DNA of 64,000 nucleotides from Mustelus asterias (Eukaryota), in assembly GCF_964213995.1 (NCBI RefSeq), contig NC_135804.1, forward strand, positions 90,830,001-90,894,000. The letters run 5' to 3'. Each line of letters opens with the position of its first letter. Position 1 is the first letter of the stretch. The notes under the pieces are model-generated. The model ran no database searches, was not told where the DNA came from, and saw only the letters and a program-made list of their open reading frames with translations. Positions 39,350-50,560 of this stretch are shown here, in pieces. Made by a program: the position numbers and the translations under genes.

Positions 39350-40830
39350 TTTTGAATAAACTGAAGGTCGATAAGTCCCCCGGGCCTGATGAAATATATC
39401 CTAGGATTCTTTGGGAGGCAAGGGATGAGATTGCAGAGCCTTTGGCTTTGATCTTTGGGTCCTCGCAGTCCACGGGGATGGTGCCAGAGGACTGGAAAAT
39501 GGCGAATGTTGTTCCTCTGTTTAAGAAAGGAACAGAAATGACCCTGGTAATTATAGACCGGTTAGTCTTACTTCGGTGGTTGGTAAATTGATGGAAAAGG
39601 TCCTTAGGGATGGGATTTACGACCATTTAGAAAGATGTGGATTAATCCGGGATAGTCAGCACGGATTCGTGAAGGGCAAGTCGTGCCTCACAAATTTGAT
39701 AGAATTTTTTGAGGAGGTAACTAAGTGTGTTGATGAAGGTAGGGCAGTTGATGTCATATACATGGATTTTAGTAAGGCGTTTGATAAGGTCCCCCATGGT
39801 CGGCTTATGATGAAAGTGAGGAGGTGTGGGATAGAGGGAAAGTTGGCCGATTGGATAGGTAACTGGTTGTCTGATCGAAGACAGAGGGTGGTGGTGGATG
39901 AAAAATTTTCGGATTGGAGGCAGGTTGCTAGCGGAGTGCCACAGGGATCAGTGCTTGGTCCTCTGCTCTTTGTGATTTTTATTAATGACTTAGAGGAGGG
40001 GGCTGAAGGGTGGATCAGTAAATTTGCTGATGACACCAAGATTGGTGGAGTAGTGGATGAAGTGGAGAGCTGTTGTAGGCTGCAAAGAGACATAGATAGG
40101 ATGCAAAGCTGGGCTGAAAAATGGCAAATGGAGTTTAACCCTGATAAATGTGAGGTGATTCATTTTGGTAAGACTAATTTAAATGTGGATTACAGGGTCA
40201 AAGGTAGGGTTCTGAAGACTGTGGAGGAACAGAGAGATCTTGGGGTCCATATCCATAGATCTCTAAAGGTTGCCACTCAAGTGGATAGAGCTGTGAAGAA
40301 GGCCTATAGTGTGTTAGCTTTTATTAACAGGGGGTTGGAGTTTAAGAGCCGTGGGGTTATGCTGCAACTGTGTAGGAACTGGGTGAGACCACATTTGGAA
40401 TATTGTGTGCAGTTCTGGTCACCTCACTATAAGAAGGATGTGGAAGCGCTGGAAAGAGTGCAGAGGAGATTTACCAGGATGCTGCCTGGTTTGGAGGGTA
40501 GGTCTTATGAGGAAAGGTTGAGGGAGCTAGGGCTGTTCTCTCTGGAGCGGAGGAGGCTGAGGGGAGACTTAATAGAGGTTTATAAAATGATGAAGGGGAT
40601 AGATAGAGTGAACGTTCAAAGACTATTTCCTCGGGTGGATGGAGCTATTACAAGGGGGCATAACTATAGGGTTCATGGTGGGAGATATAGGAAGGATATC
40701 AGAGGTAGGTTTTTTACGCAGAGAGTGGTTGGGGTGTGGAATGGACTGCCTGCAGTGATAGTGGAGTCAGACACTTTAGGAACATTTAAGCGGTTATTGG
40801 ATAGGCACATGGAGCACACCAGGATGATAG

Positions 40831-41156
40831 CGGCACGGTAGCACAGTGGTTAGCACTGCTGCTTCACAGCTCCAGGGTCCCGGGTTCGATTCCTGGCTCG
40901 GGTCACTGTCTGTGTGGAGTTTGCACATTCTCCTCGTGTCTGCGTGGGTTTCCTCCGGGTACTCCGGTTTCCTCCCACAGTCCAAAGATGTGCGGGTTAA
41001 CTTGATTGGCCAGGTTAAAAATTGCCCCTTAGAGTCCTGAGATGCGTAGGTTAGAGGGATTAGCGGGTAAAATATGTGGGGGTAGGGCCTGGGTGGGATT
41101 GTGGTCGGTGCAGACTCGATGGGCCGAATGGCCTCCTTCTGCACTGTAGGGATTCT
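40831..41156 (+). mobile_element. HE1/V-SINE-like element in the CR1 3' end
   Basis: TSD ATAG at 40827-40830 and 41157-41160. Confidence 0.92.
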
Positions 41157-41483
41157 ATAGGGAGTGGGATAGCTTGATCTTGGTTTCAGATAAAGATCGG
41201 CACAACATCGTGGGCCGAAGGGCCTGTTCTGTGCTGTACTGTTCTATGTTCTATGTACAATGTCAGGGTTGGACCTGAGGGAGCGAAGAGGGAAAGTTCG
41301 GAAGGAGAGAGGTTGGAATGGGTGAGGGGGGGGCAGAAAAATTGAGGCAGCCAATGTCCTGTTGACAATTCCCAATGAAAAGATGGAGGGTAGGTAATTG
41401 TCCAATTGGATGCAGAATGTTGGAGGCACGTGAAAGGATCCGTGGAATGGGAGGGGGGCGGGGGAGGACTCTTGCCCAAAGAA

Positions 41484-42833
41484 GTGGTGGGCAAGTTATT
41501 GGAAGGTGTGATAAGGGATAGGATCTACAAATATTTGGATAGACAGGGACTTATTAGGGAGAGTCAACATGGCTTTGTGCGTGGTAGGTCATGTTTGACC
41601 AATCTATTAGAGTTTTTCGAGGAGGTTACCAGGAAAGTGGATGAAGGGAAGGCGGTGGATGTTGTCTACCTGGATTTCAGCAAGGCTTTTGACAAGGTCC
41701 CTCATGGGAGGTTAGTTAGGAAGGTTCAGTCGCTAGGTATACATGGGGAGGTAGTAAATTGGATTAGACACTGGCTCAATGGAAGAAGCCAGAGAGTGGT
41801 TGTGGAGGATTGCTTCTCTGAGTGGAGGCCTGTGACTAGTGGTGTGCCGCAGGGATCGGTGTTGGGTCCATTGTTGTTTGTCATCTATATCAATGATCTG
41901 GATGATAATGTGGTAAATTGGATCAGCAAGTTTGCTGATGATACAAAGATTGGAGGTGTAGTGGACAGTGAGGAAGGTTTTCAAAGCTTGCAGAGGGATT
42001 TGGACCAACTAGAAAAATGGGCTGAAAAGTGGCAAATGGAATTTAACGCAGACAAGTGTGAGATATTGCACATTGGAAGGACAAACCAAAGTAGAACGTA
42101 CAGGGTAAATGGTAGGACTCTGAAGAGTGCAGTTGAACAGAGGGATCTGGGAATACAGGTACAGAATTCCCTAAAAGTGACGTCACAGGTGGGTAGGGTC
42201 GTAAAGAGTGCCTTTGGTACATTGGCCTTTATAAATCGGAGTATCGAGTATAAAAGTTGGAGTGTTATGGTAAGGTTATATAAGGCATTGGTGAGGCCGA
42301 ATTTGGAGTATTGTGTACAGTTTTGGTCACCTAGTTACAGGAAGGATGTAAATAAGATTGAAAGAGTGCAGAGAAGGTTCACAAGGTTGTTGGCGGGACT
42401 TGAGAAGCTGTGTTACAGAGAGAGATTGAATAGGTTGGGAATTTATTCCCTGGAGCGTAGAAGATTGAGGGGAGATTTGATAGAGGTGTATAAGATTTTG
42501 ATGGGTATAGATAGAGTTAATGCAAGCAGGCTTTTTCCGCTGAGGCTAGGGGAAAAAAAAACCAGAGGGCATGGGTTAAGGGTGAAAGGAGAAAAGTTTA
42601 AAGGGAATATTAAGGGGGGCTTCTTCACGCAGAGAGTGGTGGGAGTGTGGAATGAGCTGCCGGATAAAGGGGTCACTTTTAACATTTCAGAAAAACTTGG
42701 ACGGGTTCATGGATGAGAGGGGTGTGGAGGGATATGGTCCAAGTGCAGATCAGTGGGACTAGGCATAAAATGGTTCGGCACAGACAAGAGGGGCCAAAAG
42801 GCCTGTTTCTGAGCTGTAATTTTCTATGGTTCT
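41484..42833 (+). mobile_element. 5'-truncated CR1 (different subfamily) in the Penelope element
   Basis: RT ORF VVGKLLE...YLDFSKAFD...FADD. AAGTGG duplicated at 41482-41487 and 42834-42839. Confidence 0.93.
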
Positions 42834-44258
42834 AAGTGGGTACGGAGATGAAGGCAACGGAAAAAGAGTTCAATATCATGTTGAGCCTGGAATTCATTGA
42901 GGTGGGGACGTAAGGGTACAAAGCTGAGTCCTTTGCTGAGAACAGCACGCTCAGCCTCAGAGAGGGGAAGGTCGGTGGGTATGGTGAAGACACGGGCTAG
43001 AAGAGATGGAGTTCGAGGGATTGGGATTGATGGAGGGCCTGGGATGGGCAGTGATGTTGATAAGTTGTTGAAGCTTGCATTTCTTTACATCTGCAAGAAA
43101 CAGGAAAAGCTTTTTGTTGAGACGTCAAATGATGCGGAGGATGAAATGAAACTGGGGACAAAAACAACTTTGAGAGAGATGGGAATCCCCATCCCTGGAA
43201 GCTGGAACATCAATGGATGATGGGAGCATCTTTCAGGTGGATCTTCCGCTTCAGTGTCATTAAGGAGATCCATTTTCCGGCCTTAGAGTGTTCCTGGAGA
43301 TCCATCTTCTTTCTTCAATCATGGGTCAGTGATGTGGGACGCCTTTTTGACATGGCATCCAGATATAATGATGGGACGCATGTAATCAAGTGCGCTCCTC
43401 CACGGAATTTGGCACTTAATCCCCAGATGCATAACTAATAAGGTTGAGGCAGGAAGATATGGCGTGGTTTCCCTTCAACCTCTATAGCAGGAAACATTCC
43501 CCATTTAAACCCCCCCCCCGCCCCCCCCCCCCCCCCCCCCCCCCCCGCCAAGTATGGGACTTAATTCATTTAACTCCAGATGGGAGAATGTCAGCCAATG
43601 TCTTCCTCCAAAAAACAAATCAAGCCCTTAAACAGATATTCAGAAAATATTCTTTAAGAAAACTCTATCACTAAATTTGCACACTGCAATTGGTCCATCT
43701 ATCTGGCCCTTCTATCTTGCCAGGTCTATCACTTTATACTTGGTACTTTGAGGGCTTCTAAATATGTTTCTTGCTTCTCTGTGAAGACTCATTTTCTTAA
43801 CTTCCTCCTCCGTGATAGAGCCATTCGAACAATTACTTTATAGTTCCAGAAAATTGCAAGATGTCTCAAGATAGTAATCTCCAGGCAAAGATAAATGCCT
43901 CCATTATCATCATTAAATTACAATATCAGTGCCTTTACAATCGTTCAAAGTCGATCTGAACCCTCCTTTATCTTGCTTACAAATCGGATAATGCCTTCAT
44001 ATCATGTGCTTGCCTTTGACAGGTTGAAAGCTCTTCTCCGATGTCCTGTTTCCTTTTTGATAACACCTACAGCTTTTAATCACAATTTGAGGCTATAGAT
44101 ATTTCATGGAACCACAAACAACCATCAGATTGACATGTCTGGTGGGAAATGACATGTCCTGGCAATATAGTTTGGATCATTATCTTTTCATTTTATCCTA
44201 GATATTTCATGTTGCATGATAACATTAAAAGGCACAGTAAGTTCATCTGTGATATCCC

Positions 44259-44458
44259 NNNNNNNNNNNNNNNNNNNNNNNNNNNNNNNNNNNNNNNNNN
44301 NNNNNNNNNNNNNNNNNNNNNNNNNNNNNNNNNNNNNNNNNNNNNNNNNNNNNNNNNNNNNNNNNNNNNNNNNNNNNNNNNNNNNNNNNNNNNNNNNNNN
44401 NNNNNNNNNNNNNNNNNNNNNNNNNNNNNNNNNNNNNNNNNNNNNNNNNNNNNNNNNN
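44259..44458. other. Assembly gap (200 N)
   Basis: Run of exactly 200 N, probably an arbitrary scaffold-join size. Confidence 0.99.
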
Positions 44459-45334
44459 CCAGTCACATAAAATCCTGTGACACATGACATTAAAAAAAAG
44501 GTTATGCTTCCTCATAACTGATGGCACCATTTGTTTAATAAATAATTTAGTTTTGGAGTTCTGACTGGGGGCACAATTGTCAGCAACTCTTGTAACTACA
44601 TCAAGAAGTAAAGGGTGACAAGAGCAAGAAATAAACTACAAGTGTACCATCCCTTGTTTTGGCACTTTCCTCTCACAAGTGTTTTTCATGTCGGAATCAT
44701 TTCTAAAACAGTCAAATCAGTAGGGGTACACCAGCAGAGCCAAGCCCACAGATCAACTAGTTTAATTACTGTGCATTTTGCAGTTGAGATCTTGGGTGAA
44801 GACCTGGATCATGAACCCTTGCCCCTATACTCCCCATCTAAAATTGCAAGGCCATTTCTGCCACACAACTAAATGCAAGGAACTGGATTTCATGCTCCGC
44901 TGGTAGTGGAATTTTGGCAGCGGGCGGGGTGGAGGGGTGCGGGGGGGGGGGGGGGGGGGGGCGCGGGGGGGGGCTGGAGTGGACTGTGGGGAGATTCCCT
45001 TAGGGTTCCCACCCATACCAGCCTCATAGCAATTTTATTCTGGGGTGGATAAGGCTTCAAACAGGCCACCTGCCTTTGCCCCAATTGAATCCTCTAAGTG
45101 ACCAATTATTTCCTCAATTTTCAGGCTGGCGGGAGGACTTCCCAAGTCCGAAAATAATCGTAATTAGGCCTCAGGCGGGAAACGGGGTGGCATCACCTCC
45201 AACAGAGGTTGCCTTTTAAATTTGGACATGCCCACTCCTCGTCCTCCACCTCTCAGTCCACCCCTCCCCCACCCCCTCAAGGTCTAGTTGCTGCTGGACC
45301 TCCTTCCACTCCAGGTCCTCTCCCCCAACACCCC

Positions 45335-45563
45335 AGCCACACATAATTATCCTACTAATCGCCCAGACACTAAGGGGCAATTGAACATGGCCAATCAACC
45401 TAACCTGCACATCTTTGGAGTGTGGAAGGAAATTGGAGCACCCGGACGAAATCCACGCAAACACAAGAAACATGTAAACTCCACACAGACAATCACCTGA
45501 GGCCAGAGTCAAACCCGGCTCCCTGGTGATGTGAGGCACCAGTGTTAACCACTGTGCCACCAT
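45335..45563 (-). mobile_element. HE1-like SINE, 3'-truncated, inside a GC-rich MITE-like region (about 44880-45640)
   Basis: Head complement gttaaccactgtgccaccatg and core catggccaatcaacctaacctgcacatctttgga. Confidence 0.8.
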
Positions 45564-48500
45564 GCCATCAGTGAGGATGTGTTCCTTGCCAACTCTTTGG
45601 GTGGCAGAAACCCCACTCTCTGAAATATTCAGGCCAAGTTCTTCTGGTTTGTATATCTTGTTATATGTGGACTATGCTTTTATCCACTAGACTATAAGGG
45701 ATGCAAGGTCCTTTTTAAATGAAAATAAAATAAAATAGATCCTGGCAAAAGGATAGTTCATACATGCCTTCACCAGTAACAACACTATAGGGATTCACAC
45801 ACTCTGGAAGTGCAGGAGTTCAAAGGGAGAGAAATAGGCCTAAATCTTCCGGTCTCTGGATGGCTAAACCCTGGTGGTATTTGGGAAGATGCGCTATGGG
45901 ACCCCTTGGAAGTCCCAACATAAGGACTCTGTGGGAATTGCCCAGGAAGTTTCCATTTCTGATGGGTATGTCCCCTATGTCTGGAACCCTCCAATAACGC
46001 CTGCGTTAAAATCAGAGACTCTCAAATCCCCTGTGACTCTCTGAGCTGTCTGATCCTGCAACTCCCCTGACCGTCTGACACATCCCTGACCCTCTGACTT
46101 CTCCTGACCTGACCCAACATCACATCCTGCCCCCTACCACCTTACCATACCGTCCCCTGTCCAGCTGGCTTGCGACCCATCCCACCACCCTGCCACTTTA
46201 CCCACCCTGCCATCTGCGACCTCATTATCCTGTCCACCCTATACACTGCCACTCTATACACCCAGCTAAACTGACTTCAGTGCCACTTAGTAAAGGGGAG
46301 GAGAAAAATCAATCAGCCTGTTCCTGAATAAAATTGTGTGATTTCTGCTGTAAATTTGTATGTGCGTGATGCATACTGACTGCAAACAGAACCATGGACA
46401 GCTCTGCCATGCTGCATGGGGAAAACAACCTAAGTACACATAGGGTTTGGAATTTCACATTTGTTGCATTCTTATGTTTAGCACAAATGTAGCAATCATA
46501 TGAAAAGATTGGGAGAATAAGAATGTGGCTTCTTTATTTGAATATATATTATATACATACAATGGTACTCAGAAGCTACGTAAAACAAGTCTGATCTGCA
46601 GGGACAGCTGCTCTGCTCTATCTACAGAGCTGGGGGATTAAACACCACATTCTGTCTCATGGTGGGTCGTGGTGGACAATAGTTTAAAATATGTTATTTA
46701 AAGGTGTATCACAACAGTGTTTGCTGACTAATGTGAGCCAGGCCATTTCCCAATGTCTGTAACTCAAGACTGTCATCCCTGCCCATGCCTGTCATATTTT
46801 ACTCTCCTCTAAATATGGGTGGGAAGAGTTTGGATTTTGCTACTCCCAAGAGACTCTTGGAGGCTGTGGATGCTGAAGTGGGCTAGTTAGAAGGCCTGCT
46901 TTGACTTTCTGCGACATTGTTCCAGTTACGCATCTCATTCCTATACACCTTAAACCTCAGCTCACATCCATTCCCAACACCATATCCTGTCAATTTCCCC
47001 TCATATTCCCCATGCCTCTCCATGTTCCCTCATTCTCCATGTCTGCTCCATGTCTCCTCATTCCCCCCATGTTCCTTCATATTCCCCACATACCTCAATG
47101 CCTTCATGAACTTTCATACCCCCTATGTTTCACTCATGCCTCTTATCATGCAGATAGACATCCTCATGCCCTCTCTATGCCCTACGTGCATCCTTCATAG
47201 CCATTAACTCAGTATCCACTTTGTATAGTCAGTCCTCAGCAGCCAGGTAATAACAATGGAAATCCTTTGAAATGGATTTAAAAGAAAAACGTCTAACTAT
47301 CGAATAAAAGTGTCAATCAAGCACATTGTCATTTATACTGCATAGAAAAATATCATTCCCATTGAAAAAATAAATTCCCATAAGCGGTCATTCAGTTGTT
47401 AAAATAAGCAAATATCTGTTAAGTAACTACATCAAAGACAGAATTTTCCTTTAATAATCCTTTAAATTGTCAATCAAACTGTGTACCTAATCTCCTGCTG
47501 AGCTAACTAGTTATTGGAATTTGAAACACAGCCAAGTATTCATAATGGGTTCAGCTGTCAAAATGAACCATTACAACCCCAGAAAATGGAAACCATTGAA
47601 ACTGAAAGAACAGACAGCTCAATTATCTTCTAAACTCCATCAAATGGCCCTTCATTCAAAGAATTCCAGAAGCAAATGGCTTTTCATTTCTTAAGTTAAA
47701 GCAGCATATTTTGATATTAAATAAAAAGCACCTTGGACATTTACATCACTTCAGATCATAACACTAGAGTTCCCAAACACTGTTCTCTATAGCTTTGAAA
47801 GCATAGTAGCACTTTTTCAAGTGAGAAAAGGTGTCTAACGCATCTCAAAACTTACATAATGCTGATCAATATAATTGTTAACTTCCTTTAGCAAGACGGA
47901 GACTTATGATTAATCACAATAGTTAAAACACATATACCTTGGAATACAGCATCTAATAATGAATTTCAAGTTGTCAAAATATTCAATTTGTATGTGTCAG
48001 GATGTTCCTGAATCCTGAGTAGGCTTTCCCCAAGATTCCGAAATTCACAAACAAGTCAAAATTTCAGAAGCCTTCCAAAAACTGCCTAATCCAATGAAAA
48101 CAATAGGAATCAGGAAATATAAACTTCCCCTGGGGTTGTCAATGGTGACCCTGATGTCAGAGGACAAGCATGCTGGGTCACAACTGGTCTCTCACCTGAA
48201 CCTCTTTCCATTCATGGCAAGATTGTGTGGGTCAATTTTTATATGGGAAAGCTTCTGTGAAAGAAGCAAAGTTTTGGTGATCCCCAACCCCATTCCCAAC
48301 TCCAGGAGGATATGAAAATCTGATCCTTCATGTGAAATTTCACAAATGATTACGTTGTGCACATCAAAGGCCAGATTTTATCACCCCCCTGGGGATTGGT
48401 TGCGAGAAGCAGTCGGGTGGGGGTTGAGGCGGGGGGGGCCTGCATAAAGTGGTGAAGAAGGAAAAGAAGGAAGGCAAGGGCTGGGGGGGGCAAGGGGGGC

Positions 48501-49252
48501 AGCAGGGGAAGGTCGAAGCTGGTTAGGATAGTATTTGGGTGTGGGTAGGATGGCAGGTAGTATGATAGAAGCTCAAAAGAATGATAGCTGGCTAGGGTGG
48601 TAAGTTGGTAAAGTGGTAGGTGGGAAGGGTGGCAGCGAGAAGCTGCATAGGGTGTAGGTCGGCAAGGACGATAGAGGCAGTGAATGGATAAGTGGCTTGG
48701 GGAGTAGTCAGCTTGGGAAGAGTCACGGGTCAGGACTCATCAGGTTGGGTTGGAGGGAGTCAAGGGTTTGGGGTTGTCAGGTGATGGGGTTAATCAGATC
48801 AAGTCACAGGGAGGTTTGGGGAAGTCAAGGGGGATTTGGGGGTGTTAGATTATGACTTCTCCACCTAACATTTCCTAGATTACTACTCAAGTTAGGAACC
48901 ATACAAAGTCTCTGCTTCAAGCCAGATTCAGAGACTATTTCAGAGGGATCAGCAGTCTCTTGCTTATCTGGCCCACTGGAAGTTCAAACTTGCTGGGCAA
49001 TTCCCACAGAACTAATGGTCAAGACATCCAATGGGTCCCATCGAGGGGATGGAGAACTGTAGGGCTATGTCAGGTCCCTGACAATCCAGAGAATGGGAGA
49101 TCAGACCATATTCATAATATAATGAAGGAAACTCCATGGAAAGACTACAAAAATACAAACAAACACTGCAGCTGCTTTAGTATTTTCATATAACCTTATC
49201 ACTTTCAAAATTCAGTCTTTCTCAATACAAAACCAAACACGGAAAACATAAT

Positions 49253-49379
49253 GGACGGGAATTTCCAGCCTTGCTCGCTTTGAAACCGAAAAATCCCACC
49301 CGAGGTCAATGGACCTATCCATGGTCCGCCCCTCGCCTGCTCCGATTCCCGTGATGGGTGGGATGGTAAAATACACCCC
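49253..49379. mobile_element. Short MITE
   Basis: TIRs ggacgggaatttcc / ggtaaaatacacccc. Interior is the reverse complement of 12146-12255. Confidence 0.65.
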
Positions 49380-50038
49380 ATTATGTCTGATTCCATTGCA
49401 TTAGCAGATTCTTATAAACAATATTTCAGATCTACAAAATAACTAACTGTGACAGAACACAAAATGTTACCATCTTACATTTCAAAGACAACCAATTGAG
49501 TAAATTCAGGATCAGATCCTTTTGAAGTGCAGACTCCAATCTAAATCATCAGCAAAACACTTAAACTAATCATTGATTCTGCATAGCTGGCACTTACAAA
49601 AATATATTGGCACAAATTTCACAATTTTTGACCAATGGTAGGCCTACATTTATGGACTATCTTCTTATAGAACCTGATTGTAGAAAATTAATGTTATACA
49701 ATGATAGTAACATGACACATTCCTCTTAAAAGAGATCAGGTTAACTCATAATTCCACTTTTGACGTGGGTTTGAGATCAGGCTACCTTTCTATTTCATCT
49801 GATTGAAAATGCTAAAAAAAAACTGAAGTCCAGGTGAAGAGTCCTTTAAACTGACAACACAAGGTTAAGCTGCCTAACTGAGAAATGTGCAGAACATCAA
49901 ATTAAGCACATTCCAGATGGTCTTACTCACTGACCCCTTTTAATTTGAAGATACAGACAAGAATTAAGAGATGTGCATTGTATATTCAGGTATACATTTA
50001 ACATTTGCAAGCAAATGCCCACAAAATCGCACACGCAC

Positions 50039-50258
50039 CTTGTCTGGATTCTTCAACCGTTTGCATGATATCCTTCTTATGACTGTTGTAATTCATCCTT
50101 AGCTCCTTATTGAATTCATGAAGTGTTTCTCTCGAATTGTAGGATTTGTGGGGACTTCTGCCATCTTCACTTTCATCAGAAGAGCTTGTGTATGCCAATT
50201 CCATCTCGCACCTAACTTTTGGCAGTGGTTGATAAGGTTTACAATCCATCTGATCCAT
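50039..50258 (-). CDS. TENM1: Teneurin-1, first coding exon (N-terminus of intracellular domain; 73 codons + 1 nt, phase-1 donor)
   Basis: Translation MDQMDCKPYQPLPKVRCEMELAYTSSSDESEDGRSPHKSYNSRETLHEFNKELRMNYNS closely matches the recalled vertebrate teneurin-1 N-terminus (MEQTDCKPYQPLPKVKHEMDLAYTSSSDESEDGRKPRQSYNSRETLHEYNQELRMNYNS). Good Kozak context (gaaATGG). Donor CAAG|GTGCGT at 50039/50038. Confidence 0.95.
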
Positions 50259-50321
50259 TTCTTGTACAGCTGGTACACAGACATTAAAACAGGGAGTCCA
50301 GAATGGTTAATCGAGAATGAC
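50259..50321 (-). other. TENM1: 5' UTR portion of the TENM1 start-codon exon
   Basis: Lies between the AG acceptor (50323-50322) and the ATG at 50258. Confidence 0.8.
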
Positions 50322-50350
50322 CTGCAAAGAGAGAGGAAAAGTACGTAAGT
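50322..50350 (-). promoter_or_regulatory. Splice acceptor: branch-point-like CTTAC, polypyrimidine tract and CAG
   Basis: Minus strand reads acttacgtacttttcctctctctttgcag|gtcatt. This implies at least one upstream non-coding exon that I could not identify in this window. Confidence 0.8.
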
Positions 50351-50560
50351 GCCAGAGAAATTTCCTGTTTCTCAAATTTTCAGAAAAGCAGATCGGGTGG
50401 AGGGAAAGAAAAATGTCTAAACACCCTGATACTAACTCCAGAATATGAAGATACATCTATATTACACATATACCATAATCATTTTCATGAATGACAGAAT
50501 CTTAAGAGCTCTACAGCACAGGAGGCCATTCAGCTCATAATGTCTGGACAGGTTATTTAT

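Larger units (their letters stand above)
37402..41256 (+). mobile_element. CR1 LINE with nearly complete ORF2 (APE + RT), interrupted
   Basis: DVVAITETW, YYRPP, GNFNFP, TLDLVL and SDH (APE), then YMDFSKAFD, QGSVLGP and FADD (RT). Frameshift near 39530. Insertions at 38618-39349 and 40831-41156. (TTCTATG)n tail. Confidence 0.95.
34720..43440 (-). mobile_element. Penelope-like element (Neptune-type), frameshifted and split by nested insertions
   Basis: RT: MGIRMGPNYACLFM..RYIDD. Cys linker: PCNHRRCNNC. GIY-YIG: NLVYCIHCSQCGLYIRETKR. Pieces 34720-35318, 35676-37401, 41257-41483 and 42834-43440 rejoin (LRSNPDIV|IKPDDNGGAVVVW). Confidence 0.9.

Noticed and set aside
37324-42716. Cluster of 225-436 aa ORFs resembling an operon (nuclease + RTs)
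   Set aside because: All are fragments of nested CR1 copies. Their N-termini are read-through from the antisense Penelope host.
44149-44530. ORFs spanning X runs
   Set aside because: Artefacts of the 200-N gap.
43509-44972. Long C and G homopolymer runs (43509-43548, 44940-44972) as functional elements
   Set aside because: Simple low-complexity runs near a contig gap. Their lengths are error-prone and there is no independent support.
49998-50038. C-terminal GACAILWAFACKC of the 86-aa ORF as part of teneurin
   Set aside because: Homology ends at the GT donor (50038). This part is intron read-through.
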